A DNA stretch of 64,000 nt, from positions 101,830-165,829 of the forward strand of contig JBAXSP010000001.1 in assembly GCA_037130655.1 (NCBI GenBank), read 5' to 3'. The position numbers and the translations under genes are program-made. The notes below the pieces were generated by a model. It was not told the DNA's origin, ran no database searches, and saw only the letters and a list, made by a program, of their open reading frames with translations. Source of the DNA: a bacterium. GTDB taxonomy: Bacteria; Patescibacteriota; Minisyncoccia; Phycocordibacterales; UBA9973. Shown one piece after another: positions 40,857 through 49,562 of the stretch. Position 1 is the first letter of the stretch, and each line of letters begins with the position of its first letter.

Positions 40857-41196
40857 ATAGTACTTTTACAGAGTCGTACGTAAGACTTTAGAAAAGCTAT
40901 GTTCTTTGACTTGATGCTCTGCCTCTTTTTTATTAACCATAACGGGATAATTGAGGGAGAAATCAAAACAAGAGGTATTGTGAACGGAGCACTGCTTATC
41001 GTAAAAACCATTCGTGATGAGAACTGAAACATCTAAGTACCATCCAAAAGGCGTATGGGTCACAAAAAAAACTTCTTACAATGATTGAAAAAAGTAAGGA
41101 TTAAAATCCCTCTCCATATAAAATACACGGAGACAATGATTTTTCCTTCTAACCAAAAACTCAATCAAAAAACCACGGTTCACAACCGTGGTTTTT
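40857..41196 (+). ncRNA. Candidate ~320-nt structured ncRNA
   Basis: Promoter and terminator bound it; no sense ORF of 60 aa or more; several helices; 23S-like 21-mer at 41021-41041. Confidence 0.5.
41167..41196. terminator. Bidirectional intrinsic terminator
   Basis: aaaaaccacggtt-cac-aaccgtggttttt. Confidence 0.75.
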
Positions 41197-41211
41197 AAAT
41201 TTCTACAACCT

Positions 41212-41336
41212 AAGATTTCAGTAAAATGTTTCAGATGCGAGGCGTCGAGGAAGAAAAATACGAGATGTACTGATGGTACATTGAGTGTTTTTGTGACGAT
41301 GACAACGAAGCAGATGAGGTATTTTAGTGGAATCTT
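41212..41336 (+). repeat. Long imperfect hairpin element, family F3 copy 1
   Basis: AGGCG..GAGGA..GAGATGTAC-N5-GTACATTGA..TGACGA..CAACG..CAG; 1 nt from gyrB stop. Confidence 0.75.
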
Positions 41337-41337
41337 T

Positions 41338-43401
41338 TTATACGTCGATATTTGCCATCTTAGCATGCGACTGAATAAAATTCTTGCGTGGTGGCACCTC
41401 CCCTCCCATCAACATATCGAAGACTTTGTTTGCTTCTTCAGCATCATCAACTTTGACTTGTTTCAAAATACGACGAGCAGGATCCATGGTAGTTTCCCAA
41501 AGTTCTTCAGCGTTCATTTCTCCGAGACCTTTATACCGTTGAATAGTCCACTTACCTGTTTTCTTTTTGTTTTCTGCTTCTTCTACTGCTTCATCGGTTT
41601 CCATTGTATCTCCATCTTCTAGTTCTACAATTTCATCTGGAGCAACATCACCGACGATAGCGAATTTTTCTTCGTCAGTATATGCATAGTGCAATTCTTT
41701 ACCGCGTTTGATTTTGTACAATGGCGGTTGTGCAATATAAATATATCCTGCATCAATGATCGGACGAAAATGTCTGAACAGTAATGTCAAAATAAGTGTA
41801 CGAATGTGTGCCCCATCGACGTCCGCATCAGTTGCAAGAATAATCTTGTGATAACGAATCTTTTCCAAATCAAATGTATCACCGATAGATGTACCCATGG
41901 CAACAACCAAATTTTTAATTTGTTCTGATTTGATCATTTGATCAAGACGAGCACGTTCAACATTCAAGATCTTTCCACGAAGTGGCAAGATCGCTTGTGT
42001 CTTTCGGTCGCGTCCCATTTTTGCAGTACCACCCGCAGAGTCTCCCTCCACAATGAATAGTTCAGAATCGAGTGCAGATTTCGTCTGACAGTCTGCCAAT
42101 TTTCCAGGCAAGGTCATTCCTTCGAGTGCACCTTTACGCAAAATAGAGTCTTTTGCAGCTTTTGCAGCTTTGCGAGCACGGAGTGCCAAAATAGATTTAT
42201 TGATGATTGCTTTGGCTTGATCTGGATTCTCTTCGAAAAATGCTTCGAGCCCTTGTCCGAACACTGATGCAGTTGCACCTTGCGCTTCAACAGAACCAAG
42301 CTTCACCTTGGTCTGACCTTCGAATTGAATTTCTCGGAGCTTCACCGAAACAACTGCAACCAATCCTTCGAGCACATCATCTCCAGTAAGTGCACCGTCA
42401 GCTTCTTTGATGAGGTTATTTTTCTTACCGTAACTATTAATCACGCGAGTGAGTGCGGTCTTGAAACCAATGATATGTGTACCACCTTCCATGGTATAAA
42501 TGTTGTTTGCAAATGGAACAATCTTTGTTGAAATATCATCAACATATTGCAATGCAACTTCAACACCAACATCGTTCAATTCTTTTTCTACATAAAAAAT
42601 AGTGTCATGAATCGTCTTTTCACTTTTGGTATATTTACGAATCAGAGAAACAAGTCCTCCTTCGAAATAGTATGTGATTGATGGAAATTCAAAACCAAGT
42701 GACTTGATCCAGAATGTATCTTCGATATCACCTTTGCCGTGTGTCAGTGGAGAATATTCACGCGCATCAATGATGTCTACACGAAGCCCTTTGACCAAGT
42801 AGGCTTGTTGTTCGAGACGATGAATCACCGTGTTCCAGTCAAAATTGATTTCTTTAAAAATTTCAATATCTGGTTCAAATGTAATAATTGTTCCGTTTTC
42901 TTTTGATGCACCAATTTTTTTGACATTCGCTTTTTTCTTTCCTTGAGAATATTCTTGTACATGACGCCCACCTTCACGGTGTACTTCAGCACGAGTATAA
43001 ATAGAGAGCGCGTTTACTACAGACGCACCAACACCGTGAAGACCTCCTGAAACTTTATATCCTTCACCGCCAAATTTTCCTCCGGCGTGAAGTGTTGTCA
43101 TAACAGTTTCGAGTGCAGAAACTTTTGTCTTTGAGTGAATATCAACTGGAATACCGCGACCGTTGTCGGCTACACGAATACGATTGCCTGGCAAAAAAGT
43201 TACTTCAATATGATCACAATATCCTCCCATCGCCTCGTCGCGAGAGTTATCAAAAATTTCCCAGATCAAGTGATGGAGACCTTCAGTACCAGTACCTCCG
43301 ATGTACATTCCGGGACGACGACGTACTGGTTCAAGACCCTCAAGAACCGAGATTTCATCTGCGCCGTACGAACCTTTTTTTGTTTCTTTTTCTTTTGCCA
43401 T
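41338..43401 (-). CDS. gyrB: DNA gyrase subunit B
   Basis: VRRRPGMYIG, SGGLHGVG, EGDSAGG, PLRGKILN, QRYKGLGEMN. Confidence 0.97.
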   Translation of the reverse strand: MAKEKETKKGSYGADEISVLEGLEPVRRRPGMYIGGTGTEGLHHLIWEIFDNSRDEAMGGYCDHIEVTFLPGNRIRVADNGRGIPVDIHSKTKVSALETVMTTLHAGGKFGGEGYKVSGGLHGVGASVVNALSIYTRAEVHREGGRHVQEYSQGKKKANVKKIGASKENGTIITFEPDIEIFKEINFDWNTVIHRLEQQAYLVKGLRVDIIDAREYSPLTHGKGDIEDTFWIKSLGFEFPSITYYFEGGLVSLIRKYTKSEKTIHDTIFYVEKELNDVGVEVALQYVDDISTKIVPFANNIYTMEGGTHIIGFKTALTRVINSYGKKNNLIKEADGALTGDDVLEGLVAVVSVKLREIQFEGQTKVKLGSVEAQGATASVFGQGLEAFFEENPDQAKAIINKSILALRARKAAKAAKDSILRKGALEGMTLPGKLADCQTKSALDSELFIVEGDSAGGTAKMGRDRKTQAILPLRGKILNVERARLDQMIKSEQIKNLVVAMGTSIGDTFDLEKIRYHKIILATDADVDGAHIRTLILTLLFRHFRPIIDAGYIYIAQPPLYKIKRGKELHYAYTDEEKFAIVGDVAPDEIVELEDGDTMETDEAVEEAENKKKTGKWTIQRYKGLGEMNAEELWETTMDPARRILKQVKVDDAEEANKVFDMLMGGEVPPRKNFIQSHAKMANIDV

Positions 43402-43597
43402 CCCAAATGAAATTTAAATAATAATGTTTATTTTAAAGCAATATTTCTTTGATTTATATCTTCTATTTTACCACTAAATCCACATAATCAAAAATTTCAT
43501 ACGGGACAAGTAATATTTGAAAAAACCTTGAAAAATAAAGCTAATTTACCCTTTTAGTATACCAAAAAACCGGCAATGAAGCCAGCTTTTTTTGTTC

Positions 43598-46396
43598 CTA
43601 TTCTGCAGGTACAGGTGTATCATTTTGAGGTGCGTTTTCTGTCTGAGGCACAGCTTCAGGAGTCGGAGGTGTTACGAGAGGAGCACTTTCTTCGCCTGTC
43701 TGAACAGTTTCATCTACAGGAGAATTTCCTCCATTGGTAACCGGGGCATTTCCACCACCTTGCTGTTGCAAGAGTTGCTTCAATTGATTTTCATCGACAC
43801 AAGTTTGACCAATACATAATTGTTTTGTTTCAACACGATCTGCGTGAATAATTTGCGCATACAAATCTAAAATAGTATTTTGTGTATTTGCCAAAAATTG
43901 TTTGACCAGACTTCCAAGTGAATTTGGATTCGCCACATCAAGTGATGTAATTGGTGTGATTTTCAAATCAAGTTCTTGAATTGATTTCGCAAGCAATGGG
44001 ATCATATCGATATAGTACACACCGTGTGGAGTGACTCCATCTGCTTCATACACCACATAATCTTTGTTAACTTTTTCAACTTCTTCTGCAATGAAACCAG
44101 TTCGAAGTTTATCAGTACCGTTGTATTTGAAATTGACCGGACGAAGTGCATTGACTGTATCAAGCGCATTGAGTGGTAATGATACGATATCGTGTTTGAA
44201 TCGCTGTGACGACACCGCACAAGAACCAGAATTATCACGAGAAAGCGTGTTACTACCATTAATACAAACAACATCCCCTGCACCGGAAGAAATATTAAGA
44301 CCTGAAAAAGTAATAGCACCTGATGAAGTAAGACCTGTTGCTGAGGTAATTGTCCCGTTTACATCTACAGCAAAAGCTGTACCTCCAACAGAAAGTGTCC
44401 CATCAGTAGAAATATTACCACTTGCATCAACCTCAAAAGCATCATTAGTTCCGACGGTAAGTAAACTATTTGGAGTAGCATCCCCAATTCCAAAGTAACC
44501 ATTTTCATTCATTACAACCTTTGCGCCTGTATCAAAATTACGAAGTACTATATCTGAAGTACCAAGTCCTACTGTTTGCAAATAAAAAGCATCGTCGTTT
44601 GCATTATAATAACTTGAAGCATAAGACCCGGTATTACTTATGTTCGGATATAAATTAATAGTTGGACTATTACCACCATTACCACCAAGTACAATATTTC
44701 CCCCACCGGTAACCAAAACAGCAGCAAACAAAGGATTGCTTCCAGGACTATTTACCGTAAGTGCAGCATCTGGTGTAGTTGTACCAATTCCAACTTTCCC
44801 TGAACCGGTAGCGACGAGTGTTGCTCCTGTATAATTACCATTAGTTACACTCATACCAGTACCTCCGAGGGCTACCGTACCGTCAGCATTTACTTTAAAA
44901 TTTGCGAAGCCTGAACCCCAACTATCACCCGCATTAAGAGCGGTTTTAAAACGAAACTGTCCTTCGTCTCCAGCAAAATAGAATAATCCTCCAGTACCAG
45001 TCTCCCGTGCAACAAAATTCGTGCCATTAAAATATACGTTCTCACCCAACCATGCATTGTTTACCGCATATGTTTGTAATTCAATCGAACCAATGCGTGC
45101 TTGCGAATTTGTTTGATTGATTCCAGCAATATGCAAATTTGAAGTCGGAGTATTTGTACCAATACCCAAAAAATTATTACTATCATCCCAAAAGAAATTA
45201 TTACTATCCTCTGCAATTGATGTACCATCAAAAAACAATACGGAACCAGCTTGTAAAGAAGGGAGTGCGTCTTGCTTGGCATTGAGTGCATTTTGCAAAT
45301 CTGTTTGAGAAGATATCGTCCCTGTAATACCACCCCAGCTTCCGCCACCAATGTTACCACCATTAATAGTTACCGGTCCTTTGAAATCAATATTTCCATT
45401 TCCGTCTACCTGCATTCTTATGTTTCCATATCCATCAGCAAGAATAATATTATTGTTTGATGTCGCAATACCTGAGCCATCATATCCTCCGATGATCACA
45501 TTGTATTGCCCAGTAGTGATCAACTTTCCAGCCTCCCATCCAAGTGCGACATTTTGAATACCTGTAGCATTTTTAAGGGCACGATACCCAACACCAATAG
45601 AATCACTATTTGTTGTATTGCTATACAAAGCTTCAACACCAACAGCAACATTATAATAACCAGATGTATTAGAACGTAATGCACTTGCACCAATAGCAAT
45701 ATTACTGTTACCAGTTGTTGAATATAGAGCATCAGAACCAATTCCAATATTAGCCTGACTACTACTAGCGTTGCGAAGGGCATTATTTCCAATTGCTATA
45801 TTGTTTACAAAATGATCTGCACCAGAAAGTGCATTAGCTCCTATCGCAATACTTTGTTGCCCATCAGTAGAACTCGCCATTGTGTTTTTACCTAATACTG
45901 TATTCAAAAATCCACTTGTTGCACCAACATTGATACCGTTCACACTTAAATCAGAAGAAAATGTTTTTGCTCCAGCAAATGTTTGTGTTCCTGTGGTCAC
46001 CAAACCACGAGCAGTTGCACTAGCACTTGGAAGGTTAAAGGTATGAACACTACCCGATGAAGTAATCGAAAAATCAGTACCTGTTGTTGAACTTGCAAAT
46101 GTTTGCGTTGAACCGGTCAAACCATTGAGCGATGAAATGCCTGAACCCGAAAGTGTAGCCCAACTAGCGGTCGTACCATCAGTAGTTAAATACTTTCCAC
46201 TATTACCAGTTTGATCTGGAATAATGGAAACGATACAGTTCGTACTTCCTGGTGTACAAGTCGGGTCTAGTGTCTCGCCTTGAGAGTAAGGATTGGTCGG
46301 AGGTGCTGCGAAAATGTGTAGCGAAAGACTGAACACCGCAAAAAATGCGAGTGAAAAAAGAAGTTTTTTGTGCTGTTTAAATACACTTAGTCCCAT
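43598..46396 (-). CDS. Large secreted fibre/adhesin-like protein with peptidase S74 chaperone domain
   Basis: Signal peptide, N-x-A-x-G-x-x-A-L repeats, GIGTxxP repeats, SSQRFKHDI..LRPV..GFIAEEV. Confidence 0.85.
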   Translation of the reverse strand: MGLSVFKQHKKLLFSLAFFAVFSLSLHIFAAPPTNPYSQGETLDPTCTPGSTNCIVSIIPDQTGNSGKYLTTDGTTASWATLSGSGISSLNGLTGSTQTFASSTTGTDFSITSSGSVHTFNLPSASATARGLVTTGTQTFAGAKTFSSDLSVNGINVGATSGFLNTVLGKNTMASSTDGQQSIAIGANALSGADHFVNNIAIGNNALRNASSSQANIGIGSDALYSTTGNSNIAIGASALRSNTSGYYNVAVGVEALYSNTTNSDSIGVGYRALKNATGIQNVALGWEAGKLITTGQYNVIIGGYDGSGIATSNNNIILADGYGNIRMQVDGNGNIDFKGPVTINGGNIGGGSWGGITGTISSQTDLQNALNAKQDALPSLQAGSVLFFDGTSIAEDSNNFFWDDSNNFLGIGTNTPTSNLHIAGINQTNSQARIGSIELQTYAVNNAWLGENVYFNGTNFVARETGTGGLFYFAGDEGQFRFKTALNAGDSWGSGFANFKVNADGTVALGGTGMSVTNGNYTGATLVATGSGKVGIGTTTPDAALTVNSPGSNPLFAAVLVTGGGNIVLGGNGGNSPTINLYPNISNTGSYASSYYNANDDAFYLQTVGLGTSDIVLRNFDTGAKVVMNENGYFGIGDATPNSLLTVGTNDAFEVDASGNISTDGTLSVGGTAFAVDVNGTITSATGLTSSGAITFSGLNISSGAGDVVCINGSNTLSRDNSGSCAVSSQRFKHDIVSLPLNALDTVNALRPVNFKYNGTDKLRTGFIAEEVEKVNKDYVVYEADGVTPHGVYYIDMIPLLAKSIQELDLKITPITSLDVANPNSLGSLVKQFLANTQNTILDLYAQIIHADRVETKQLCIGQTCVDENQLKQLLQQQGGGNAPVTNGGNSPVDETVQTGEESAPLVTPPTPEAVPQTENAPQNDTPVPAE

Positions 46397-46483
46397 TATT
46401 TTAATTGTAACAAAAATAACGCATTTTCAAGTGCATTATTTTGTGAATTAATCCTTATCTTTTCAGTGTATTTTCCGTATTAC

Positions 46484-47614
46484 TTATCGAATAATTGACC
46501 CGAATTCTTTGACTGTTTCTATTTCAAGTTTTTTGTGCAAAGTGTTCACTTCTTCGTCGGTCATAGTGTGGTCGAGAGAGCGATAGGTGATGCGATATGC
46601 ATAACTTTTCTTCCCTTCGCCAAACTTGGCAGCGTTTTCATATTCATCAATCAATGCCATTTCTTCAGCCATATCACCGATCACATCACGAACCAAATCA
46701 AAATAATTGTTTGGTTGGAAAGTGTTTTCTACGATGAATGAGATATCACGTACAATCGGCGGATACTTACTTACTTCTTTGAAGGTTTGACCGAGTACCA
46801 ATTGTTTTTTGACACGTTCATCGTCTGACCAAAGGAGACGAATATCTGGAAGTTCCATTGATAAAATTGCGAGACGCTCAAGACCGAAACCGAATGCCCA
46901 ACCGTTGTAACCTTCGATACCCATTTTTGCAAGGACAGATGATTTGATCATTCCTGCACCAAGAATTTCTACCCACTCACCTTTCACCTTCACTTCAATT
47001 TGTGTTGATGGATCAGTGTATGGAAATGTATCGTCGAGGAATTGGTATTCAGTTTCCGGACCAAAGACTGTTTCAACAATTTCAGACAACACACGCTTCA
47101 ACTCATCGAGCGATAACATGCCTTCAGTATTTGGAATCAATTTCCATCCATCGATTTGATGAAAGACATTCATGTGACGACGATCAATTTCATCTTTGCG
47201 ATATACTTTACCGAAACAAAGCGCACCAAGATGTTCACCGCGAGCAGCTCGCTCTTTTATTTCAGGATGATTGAAATAGTAATACCAAGAAACGGTATTG
47301 TGTGTGCGAAGAATATTTTGCGCGTCAGCGTAGTAGGTATCAGATGTTGAACGAGCGACGTGATTTGCTGGGAAATCGAACAGGTCAAACGTAATCGCTG
47401 ATGGAACAATTTCTGGAATTTCAATCACATCAAGTCCTGCAAGTGATGACACTCCTTGCACACGCTCAACGATTTCATGAAGTGGACTACCTGGTGTACG
47501 AGCAAGATCTGGCATCGCCAAATAACGCTTCATACGCAAAGCTTCTGCGTCGGTACGACTTTCGAGTTGTTTTAATAATTCATCTTGTTCGGTTGTGTCT
47601 ATAGATATGTTCAT
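46484..47614 (-). CDS. pheS: Monomeric (mitochondrial-type) phenylalanine-tRNA ligase
   Basis: LRTH, YRKDEID..H..FHQID, FPYTDPS, AFGFGLERLA plus C-terminal FDX-ACB (SKYPPIVRDISF..YRS). Confidence 0.9.
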   Translation of the reverse strand: MNISIDTTEQDELLKQLESRTDAEALRMKRYLAMPDLARTPGSPLHEIVERVQGVSSLAGLDVIEIPEIVPSAITFDLFDFPANHVARSTSDTYYADAQNILRTHNTVSWYYYFNHPEIKERAARGEHLGALCFGKVYRKDEIDRRHMNVFHQIDGWKLIPNTEGMLSLDELKRVLSEIVETVFGPETEYQFLDDTFPYTDPSTQIEVKVKGEWVEILGAGMIKSSVLAKMGIEGYNGWAFGFGLERLAILSMELPDIRLLWSDDERVKKQLVLGQTFKEVSKYPPIVRDISFIVENTFQPNNYFDLVRDVIGDMAEEMALIDEYENAAKFGEGKKSYAYRITYRSLDHTMTDEEVNTLHKKLEIETVKEFGSIIR

Positions 47615-47660
47615 AAAGTTTTTAAAGTTATAAAGTTTATAAAGTATTTTTTAAAAGTTA
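47614..47660. repeat. 9-mer tandem array (TAAAGTTNN), left flank of four-helix-bundle gene
   Basis: taaagtttt taaagtta taaagttta taaagtatt. Confidence 0.75.
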
Positions 47661-47667
47661 TTAGAGA

Positions 47668-48015
47668 CTAAGTGAGTGTTTTAATAAAACCGGATAACAA
47701 TTTAGATATTTCTAATGTTAAATTATATGTTTTCTCAAAATCTTTCTGGTTAATATATTTTAACTCAAGAGCCATATCTAACATTGACCTAACTTCTCCA
47801 GCAGAACCTTTAGCAATGAAGAGAAAATTTTTTAACTCTTTATTTGTTCTTCGTTCGAATCCTTCGGCAATATTGTTCATAATCGAAATCGAGGCTCTTT
47901 CAATTTGATTTTTAAAACTAAAGTCTTTAGATGTTTTAAATATAGAATAGATAGCCAAAGTCAATTCTTTTCCTTTCTGCCAAGCTATTATATCTTCAAA
48001 CTTCTCTATTTTCAT
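47668..48015 (-). CDS. Four helix bundle protein (23S rRNA IVP / bAvd-like)
   Basis: FEDIIAWQK, QIERASISIMNNIAEGFER, IAKGSAGEV. Confidence 0.93.
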   Translation of the reverse strand: MKIEKFEDIIAWQKGKELTLAIYSIFKTSKDFSFKNQIERASISIMNNIAEGFERRTNKELKNFLFIAKGSAGEVRSMLDMALELKYINQKDFEKTYNLTLEISKLLSGFIKTLT

Positions 48016-48016
48016 A

Positions 48017-48973
48017 TTACTTTAAGAACTTTAAAAACTTTATTAACTTTCTACTCCACGGTGATGGGACTTTTTTGCCACTTCGAGAAATCGTACATTT
48101 GACCGGGCATTTCATAATGCCTTTTTCTTTTCGCATTTCTTGTTCACAATTTTCGCACAGCAAAAAGTGACGATGACAGCCCATGACTTCACAGTTCACA
48201 AATCGTTCGTTCAATCCGTCGCATTTTTCACAATGAGCAACGACTTTGTGTTTTGGGTCATCAGTATAAAATCCCATCATCACACGTTTATCAAACACAT
48301 ACAATTTGCCGACGAAGTCTTCGTTCGGATATTTTTCCATATATGACACGATACCGTTGTCGAGTTGATACACATCAGTAAATCCTTGCGTAATCAAATA
48401 ACCTGATGCTTTTTCACAACGCACTCCGCCAGTACAAACTGTCAGCACTGTTTTGTCTTTCAAGTGTTTGATACTTTCGATAAATTTCGGCAAGTCACGG
48501 AAGTTGTCGAGTGGTGGACATACTGAACCTTCAAAATGTCCGACGCGGTGTTCGTATGCATTGCGCATATCAACAATATAAAATTCTTTGCCATCCTTAA
48601 TCCATTGATGTAGTTCTTCTGGTTTCAAATGAATACCAGTTGTCACATTCGGATCGACATCACACACACCGAGACCAAGGGTCACGATTTCTGGACGAAC
48701 TTTGACTGATAATTTTGGAAATGAATTTCCATCACCAACACTACGTTTGATGTTGGTATTTGCAAATCGTGGATCTGCGAGATAATTGTTCAAATATTCG
48801 GCGATGGCTTCTTTGGTGCCTTCGAGTGTGGCATTGATACCTTCAGAGGCGATGATTGTGCGCCCTTTGAGCCCCAATTTCTGACACAAAGCAAATTGCT
48901 CATCACGCAAAGCTTGCGGGTCTTTTATGTGGACGTATTTATAAAATAGGATTACTTCGTATTCTTGTTGCAT
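48017..48973 (-). CDS. trhO: Rhodanese-domain tRNA U34 hydroxylase (YceA/TrhO family)
   Basis: LFYKY, EGINAT, DMRNAYE..GHF, CTGGVRCEK, GKLYVFD; start ATG 48973. Confidence 0.9.
   Translation of the reverse strand: MQQEYEVILFYKYVHIKDPQALRDEQFALCQKLGLKGRTIIASEGINATLEGTKEAIAEYLNNYLADPRFANTNIKRSVGDGNSFPKLSVKVRPEIVTLGLGVCDVDPNVTTGIHLKPEELHQWIKDGKEFYIVDMRNAYEHRVGHFEGSVCPPLDNFRDLPKFIESIKHLKDKTVLTVCTGGVRCEKASGYLITQGFTDVYQLDNGIVSYMEKYPNEDFVGKLYVFDKRVMMGFYTDDPKHKVVAHCEKCDGLNERFVNCEVMGCHRHFLLCENCEQEMRKEKGIMKCPVKCTISRSGKKVPSPWSRKLIKFLKFLK
48018..48053. repeat. 9-mer tandem array (AACTTTANN), inverted right flank
   Basis: tactttaag aactttaaa aactttatt aactttcta; encodes the trhO C-terminus. Confidence 0.75.
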
Positions 48974-49090
48974 AATATTATAAGAACATATTACCACAAA
49001 TTTGCGTTTTTAGAAGCGGCGACAAGCTCCGCTTGTCGCCGCTTCTTTTGTCTATATTCTGATTATCTGTTTACTGATATACTTGTTTTA

Positions 49091-49195
49091 ATGCATTCAA
49101 AAACACTCAGAAAATTACTCGTATGGCTCGTCGTATTACTCGCGATTGGATTTTATTTGGGGTGGTTGGATAACGGCCCTCGACCATTGTTTTAA
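49091..49195 (+). CDS. Small single-TM protein (34 aa)
   Basis: MHSKTLRKLLVWLVVLLAIGFYLGWLDNGPRPLF; followed by a hairpin. Confidence 0.5.
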   Translation: MHSKTLRKLLVWLVVLLAIGFYLGWLDNGPRPLF

Positions 49196-49246
49196 ATTTA
49201 GAAAAACAAAAAAACCGAAACAACACTGTTGTTTCGGTTTACTGTT

Positions 49247-49522
49247 TTACCCGTGAAGCATGTGATAAATATCTTCGTGCTTTGTACCCTTAGGAAAAAA
49301 CTCTCTTACAATAAGTGATAAGTCATCACCTTGAGGTGTTGAGCTAACAACACTTCCGACATCACGCCATGACTGTTTCTTTAAAATTTGACCTCTATTG
49401 TTCACATGAACAATAGGAGAATCTTTTCCTTCAATTGTTACGGCGTACGGAGTATTCTCACCAGTAAACGTGTTCTGTGGTAGCGGTAAAACGTGTACGA
49501 TATATTTTGTTGTATTTTCCAT
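49247..49522 (-). CDS. Hypothetical protein
   Basis: 91-aa ORF with upstream TTGACT-17-TATAGT promoter-like sequence. Confidence 0.65.
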   Translation of the reverse strand: MENTTKYIVHVLPLPQNTFTGENTPYAVTIEGKDSPIVHVNNRGQILKKQSWRDVGSVVSSTPQGDDLSLIVREFFPKGTKHEDIYHMLHG

Positions 49523-49562
49523 TTCGAATATACTATACACTATTTATACATAAAAGTCAATA

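Noticed and set aside
41190-41215. GTA GAA ATT TAA (VEI*) as a duplicate of the gyrB end (IDV*)
   Set aside because: Similarity too weak to separate from chance
40847-41366. Minus-strand ORFs 40847-41032, 40866-41063 and 41076-41366
   Set aside because: No family motifs; they cross a terminator and the F3 hairpin or oppose the plus-strand promoter
43598-46396. Prophage tail fibre
   Set aside because: Has a signal peptide and no neighbouring phage genes; more likely a host surface protein
47668-48015. Diversity-generating retroelement implied by an Avd-like gene
   Set aside because: No reverse transcriptase and no TR/VR pair with adenine-specific mismatches seen in the window
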